A DNA stretch of 42,566 nt from a virus (Duplodnaviria > Heunggongvirae > Uroviricota > Caudoviricetes), in IMG/VR virus record IMGVR_UViG_2529292882_000014, positions 1 to 42,566 of that record; one strand, written 5' to 3'. The translations under genes were made by a program, and so were the position numbers. The notes below the pieces were generated by a model, which was given only the letters and a program-made list of their open reading frames with translations, was not told where the DNA came from and did no database searches. Positions within the stretch are counted from its first letter, which is position 1, and every line of letters begins with the position of its first letter. Below are positions 38,608 through 42,566 of the stretch, piece by piece.

Positions 38608-39248
38608 CTAACCGTTTTTACATGATGTGCTCGCGTGAAACTGTGGGCAATAACGCTTCATTCCATTGCCATAACGGCAATGGTTACAGTTCTGATATCG
38701 ATCGCGCTCATGTTTACACGCTGGAAGAAGCCCAAAAAGCCTGGAATTGTGGGCGAGATATCGATCAGCCTGTTTGCGCTGATAGCGTGGATGCAATGGC
38801 AGTGTGGCACGTTGATTGCCAGTACATCCCTACAGAAAGCCTGATTGAGTCAGATTGCACTGCGTATGTGGCCTACAAAAAAGGTAGCTGGAACGGCAAC
38901 GATGTTTACTGGCTTCAACACGGTGGATTGCCAACAGATGACTTCAGTAAAGCGACCATCTTTAGCGTCGCCAACAAAAACGAACCAGGAATAGTTTGGT
39001 TGCCATTTTCCATTGCTGATGCAGCAAAGCGCAGGACGTTCAATATCAATAACTTTAACCGCAGAACAATGGTTCAGGGCGCAGGTTTGGTCATGCCTGA
39101 CTGGTTGAAAGAGCAGAACAGAAGAAAGAAGTCGCGAAGCGGGAAGGTGCGTTGGAATTGTCCGCATTGCGGAAAAATCTCCTGGCAGTACAGCCCATAT
39201 GATTTTGAAGGCTGTAGTGATTACAACTGTGAAGGATGGCGAGAATGA
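38604..39248 (+). CDS. Hypothetical protein with C-terminal Cys-rich (zinc-ribbon-like) segment
   Basis: GTG start coupled to the upstream stop with GGAGG SD; C-terminal [29 protein letters not shown]. Confidence 0.5.
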   Translation: MTNRFYMMCSRETVGNNASFHCHNGNGYSSDIDRAHVYTLEEAQKAWNCGRDIDQPVCADSVDAMAVWHVDCQYIPTESLIESDCTAYVAYKKGSWNGNDVYWLQHGGLPTDDFSKATIFSVANKNEPGIVWLPFSIADAAKRRTFNINNFNRRTMVQGAGLVMPDWLKEQNRRKKSRSGKVRWNCPHCGKISWQYSPYDFEGCSDYNCEGWRE

Positions 39249-39658
39249 CAATTGACTATCAGGCACTGCGTGATGCGGCAGAAGCAATAAAAATAGCAGC
39301 CACACCACAAAAATTGCTGGCATTTCGTATGAAGGTCACACCTCAGGTTGTGCTGGCACTACTGGATGAACGGGAAAGGAACCAGCAATACATCAAATCC
39401 CGCGACCAGGAGAACGAGGAAATTGCGCTAACGGTAGGGAAGCTGCGCGTTGAGCTTGAAGCAGAAAAACAGCGGGCAAAAGTTCTATTTATGGAAAATG
39501 CTCGGCTTAAGTCAGGCATAGCCGGTCTGATACACCTCGGTATTCGATATGCAGATGTTGAGGTCATGAAAATTGCTGGAGATGCCCAGCTTTCTACCCC
39601 ATGCACTGACAGCATCATAAACAGCATTGCAACAGGCATTCGCATCAAAGGAGAGTGA
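39245..39658 (+). CDS. Hypothetical protein
   Basis: About 137 aa from [10 protein letters not shown]; ATGA overlap with the upstream stop. Confidence 0.5.
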   Translation: MTIDYQALRDAAEAIKIAATPQKLLAFRMKVTPQVVLALLDERERNQQYIKSRDQENEEIALTVGKLRVELEAEKQRAKVLFMENARLKSGIAGLIHLGIRYADVEVMKIAGDAQLSTPCTDSIINSIATGIRIKGE

Positions 39659-39659
39659 G

Positions 39660-40181
39660 ATGGCCACTTTCACCGACAAAGAACTGATTAAAGAAATCAA
39701 AGAGCGAATCGGCAGTCTGGACGTGCGAGACAATATTGAGCGCCGGGCTTATGAAATTGCTCTGGCATCGCTGGAAGCGGAGCCTGTAAGCCAAACTTAC
39801 AACTTGCCAGAATTAATCGAAGGCATGGAAGTTTCCATTGATGTAAGCACTTGTGATGCTGATTTAGGTAATCGCTATTTCGGCACCGTCACCGAGGCGC
39901 TAGAACTTGATACAGCCAAGAATGGTTACATCCTCCTGGTTCAGGACGCAGAGCCAAACTTCGATGTAAATAGCAACTCTCCGGTAACTCCGGATGGTTG
40001 GATAAGCTGTAGTGAGCGAATGCCAAGCGAAGAAGATGTTTTGGTTTATTGCTCAGACACAAAAGAGCAGATGGTAGGGTTTCACAAAGGTAAAGGGTTA
40101 TTTCAATTCTTTTACATGAATGGTGTTGAGGGGGTATGTGAGCCGTCACACTGGATGCCGCTACCAGAGCCTCCACTTTGA
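39660..40181 (+). CDS. DUF551-like protein
   Basis: 173 aa from MATFTDKELIKEI with GGAG SD; C-terminal DGWISCSERMPSEEDVLVYC...SHWMPLPEPPL resembles the DUF551 signature. Confidence 0.6.
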   Translation: MATFTDKELIKEIKERIGSLDVRDNIERRAYEIALASLEAEPVSQTYNLPELIEGMEVSIDVSTCDADLGNRYFGTVTEALELDTAKNGYILLVQDAEPNFDVNSNSPVTPDGWISCSERMPSEEDVLVYCSDTKEQMVGFHKGKGLFQFFYMNGVEGVCEPSHWMPLPEPPL

Positions 40182-40277
40182 AAGCGAAGCTTATACATAT
40201 CTTTTACATCAGCAATCTATTGTTAATCTCCAATCAATGTTACGTTGTCATCTCACTCATGCTTTGGAGGTAGTGAT

Positions 40278-40457
40278 ATGTCTTGTCCAAAATGCGGTTC
40301 TGGAAATATTGCAAAAGAAAAAACAATGCGTGGATGGTCTGATGATTATGTGTGCTGCGATTGCGGATACAACGACTCTAAAGACGCATTTGGAGAGCGT
40401 GGTAAAAACGAGTTTGTCAAAATTAATAAAGAACGCGAAGGCAACGAAAAAAGCTAA
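40278..40457 (+). CDS. Small zinc-ribbon protein
   Basis: 59 aa from MSCPKCGSGN with GGAGG SD; CxxC ... CxxC. Confidence 0.45.
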   Translation: MSCPKCGSGNIAKEKTMRGWSDDYVCCDCGYNDSKDAFGERGKNEFVKINKEREGNEKS

Positions 40458-40522
40458 TTTATTTATTCATATATGAAAACAATGTAACCAATATTCGAAT
40501 TGAAGAACTGAAAGAACACCAA

Positions 40523-40544
40523 GCCGCCTGATGGCGGTTTTTTA
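40523..40544 (+). terminator. Rho-independent terminator at the end of the PL operon
   Basis: GCCGCC-TGAT-GGCGG hairpin followed by TTTTTTATT. Confidence 0.55.
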
Positions 40545-40553
40545 TTGCCTGAT

Positions 40554-40569
40554 TTGCAGGTTCGATTCC
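40554..40569 (+). other. tRNA-like fragment (T-stem/T-loop segment)
   Basis: TTGCAGGTTCGATTCC contains the canonical T-loop GGTTCGATTCC; diverges afterwards; not a complete tRNA. Confidence 0.5.
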
Positions 40570-40588
40570 CTATTCGGAGATAGCACTC

Positions 40589-40789
40589 ATGCAACACGAA
40601 CTACAACCTGATTCACTGGTTGATTTGAAATTCATCATGGCTGATACTGGCTTTGGTAAAACCTTCATCTACGACCGGATTAAGTCCGGCGACCTGCCTA
40701 AAGCCAAAGTTATCCACGGTCGAGCAAGATGGTTATATCGTGACCATTGTGAATTCAAAAATAAGCTCTTAAGCCGCGCCAATGGGTAA
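40589..40789 (+). CDS. xis: AlpA-family DNA-binding protein, probable excisionase/Xis
   Basis: 66 aa; LVDLKFIMADTGFGKTFIYDRIKSGDLPKAKVIHGRARWL typical of AlpA/Xis HTH proteins; last phage gene before the att core. Confidence 0.7.
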   Translation: MQHELQPDSLVDLKFIMADTGFGKTFIYDRIKSGDLPKAKVIHGRARWLYRDHCEFKNKLLSRANG

Positions 40790-40862
40790 AATAGCGGGTA
40801 AAATATTTTTCACATCTAAAAAACACCATTCCAATCAATCCCCTGCCGCGTCAAGTAGATGT

Positions 40863-40877
40863 CTGCAGGGGACACCA
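40863..40877 (+). other. Probable attR core: tRNA 3'-end-like sequence ending in CCA
   Basis: CTGCAGGGGACACCA; preceded by an 8-bp inverted repeat (TCCCCTGC ... GCAGGGGA); lies between xis and the host-like permease. Confidence 0.55.
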
Positions 40878-41318
40878 GATACCCTTCAAACGAAATCTAC
40901 CTTCACCCCGTAAAAGATGGGTTTGGCAGCACACTTGCCTTATATCTACTCATTTTTACTGCAACAGGTTGAAATCTCAGCACTGTCAGAAAGCGCTGAT
41001 GACTAAACAGCCCTGGGCCGGGCGATGTAACCATCACACAGAATCCTGATAGCGAAATATGGCGTGACTCGATACTTCACTCCGCAATGCATTCCTTGAT
41101 GAATTCGCAGGACCGTGATACACGGGACAGGTCACTGAATGACGACAATGTCCTGGAAATCAGCGAACCGCGCATCTGAAGTACATTTGAGCGACTGTAC
41201 CAGAACATGAATGAGGCGTTTGGATTAGGCGATTATTAGCAGGGCTAAGCATTTTACTATTATTATTTTCCGGTTGAGGGATATAGAGCTATCGACAACA
41301 ACCGGAAAAAGTTTACGT

Positions 41319-42566
41319 CTATATTGCTGAAGGTACAGGCGTTTCCATAACTATTTGCTCGCGTTTTTTACTCAAGAAGAAAATGCCAAATAGCAACATC
41401 AGGCAGACAATACCCGAAATTGCGAAGAAAACTGTCTGGTAGCCTGCGTGGTCAAAGAGTATCCCAGTCGGCGTTGAAAGCAGCACAATCCCAAGCGAAC
41501 TGGCAATTTGAAAACCAATCAGAAAGATCGTCGACGACAGGCGCTTATCAAAGTTTGCCACGCTGTATTTGAAGACGGATATGACACAAAGTGGAACCTC
41601 AATGGCATGTAACAACTTCACTAATGAAATAATCCAGGGGTTAACGAACAGCGCGCAGGAAAGGATACGCAACGCCATAATCACAACTCCGATAAGTAAT
41701 GCATTTTTTGGCCCTACCCGATTCACAAAGAAAGGAATAATCGCCATGCACAGCGCTTCGAGTACCACCTGGAATGAGTTGAGATAACCATACAGGCGCG
41801 TTCCTACATCGTGTGATTCGAATAAACCTGCATAAAAGACAGGAAAAAGTTGTTGATCAAAAATGTTATAGAAAGACCACGTCCCCACAATAAATATGAC
41901 GAAAACCCAGAAGTTTCGATCCTTGAAAACTGCGATAAAATCCTCTTTTTTTACCCCTCCCGCATCTGCCGCTACGCACTGGTGATCCTTATCTTTAAAA
42001 CGCATGTTGATCATCATAAATACAGCGCCAAATAGCGAGACCAACCAGAAGTTGATATGGGGACTGATACTAAAAAATATGCCGGCAAAGAACGCGCCAA
42101 TAGCATAGCCAAAAGATCCCCAGGCGCGCGCTGTTCCATATTCGAAATGAAAATTTCGCGCCATTTTTTCGGTGAAGCTATCAAGCAAACCGCATCCCGC
42201 CAGATACCCCAAGCCAAAAAATAGCGCCCCCAGAATTAGACCTACAGAAAAATTGCTTTGCAGTAACGGTTCATAAACGTAAATCATAAACGGTCCGGTC
42301 AAGACCAGGATGAAACTCATACACCAGATGAGCGGTTTCTTCAGACCGAGTTTATCCTGAACGATGCCGTAGAACATCATAAATAGAATGCTGGTAAACT
42401 GGTTGACCGAATAAAGTGTACCTAATTCCGTCCCTGTCAACCCTAGATGTCCTTTCAGCCAAATAGCGTATAACGACCACCACAGCGACCAGGAAATAAA
42501 AAAGAGAAATGAGTAACTGGATGCAAAACGATAGTACGCATTTCTGAATGGAATATTCAGTGCCAT
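41319..42566 (-). CDS. MFS transporter of the LacY/oligosaccharide:H+ symporter family (host gene flanking the prophage)
   Basis: 415 aa, 12 predicted TM segments, clear LacY-like sequence pattern; gene start coincides with the window end. Confidence 0.8.
   Translation of the reverse strand: MALNIPFRNAYYRFASSYSFLFFISWSLWWSLYAIWLKGHLGLTGTELGTLYSVNQFTSILFMMFYGIVQDKLGLKKPLIWCMSFILVLTGPFMIYVYEPLLQSNFSVGLILGALFFGLGYLAGCGLLDSFTEKMARNFHFEYGTARAWGSFGYAIGAFFAGIFFSISPHINFWLVSLFGAVFMMINMRFKDKDHQCVAADAGGVKKEDFIAVFKDRNFWVFVIFIVGTWSFYNIFDQQLFPVFYAGLFESHDVGTRLYGYLNSFQVVLEALCMAIIPFFVNRVGPKNALLIGVVIMALRILSCALFVNPWIISLVKLLHAIEVPLCVISVFKYSVANFDKRLSSTIFLIGFQIASSLGIVLLSTPTGILFDHAGYQTVFFAISGIVCLMLLFGIFFLSKKREQIVMETPVPSAI

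Larger units (their letters stand above)
1..40877. mobile_element. Integrated P22/Sf6-like lambdoid prophage (podovirus-type virion module), from the integrase start to the attR tRNA-3'-end core
   Basis: Continuous phage gene order int, tailspike, immI, ejection proteins, head, terminase, lysis, Q, nin, replication, immC, PL operon, xis; right boundary set by the tRNA-like 3' end at 40863..40877 followed by a host-like permease. Confidence 0.85.

Noticed and set aside
41266-41309. 10-bp-stem inverted repeat with a 21-nt loop just downstream of the permease gene
   Set aside because: No U-run on either side, so it is not a canonical intrinsic terminator; it could be a host REP-like element or a weak terminator and cannot be resolved from sequence alone.
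1-42566. Interpretation of the window as a circularly permuted free phage genome with int adjacent to xis
   Set aside because: A LacY-family permease and a tRNA-3'-end-like core lie between xis and the window end, which fits a chromosomal prophage junction better than a phage-borne transporter.

Overview
The window is essentially one integrated P22/Sf6-like lambdoid prophage (about 1..40877), with a host LacY-family MFS permease at the right end (41319..42566, minus strand). All calls are from reading the sequence and ORF track against remembered protein families; no searches were run. Layout, left to right: a P4/IntS-type integrase; an AT-rich O-antigen-modification-like cargo block (an AT3 acyltransferase, a truncated AT3 fragment and a membrane-anchored SGNH hydrolase); a tailspike with a P22-type head-binding N-terminus and an internal SGNH-esterase-like motif set; a P22-type immI region (ant, arc, mnt with their operators); two small exported proteins where P22 carries sieA; P22-type ejection and tail genes (gp16, gp20, gp7, gp14, gp26, gp10, gp4); Sf6-like coat, scaffold, portal and terminase; Rha; a lysis cassette (dual-start holin, SAR endolysin, Rz/Rz1); lambda-like late promoter, Q and nin genes; DnaB-like helicase and an O-like initiator carrying iterons; P22-type c1, cro, c2 with nutR/nutL; a lambda-like N; then a PL operon of morons, a Rad52-like annealing protein plus SSB, several translationally coupled small genes, and an AlpA/Xis-like gene beside tRNA-3'-end-like fragments that mark attR. 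The most interesting candidates are the acetylation-module/esterase-tailspike pairing, the exported pair at the sieA position, and an AT-rich self-terminated moron directly downstream of N. attL lies outside the window. Coordinates of non-ORF features are read by eye and may be off by a base or two.
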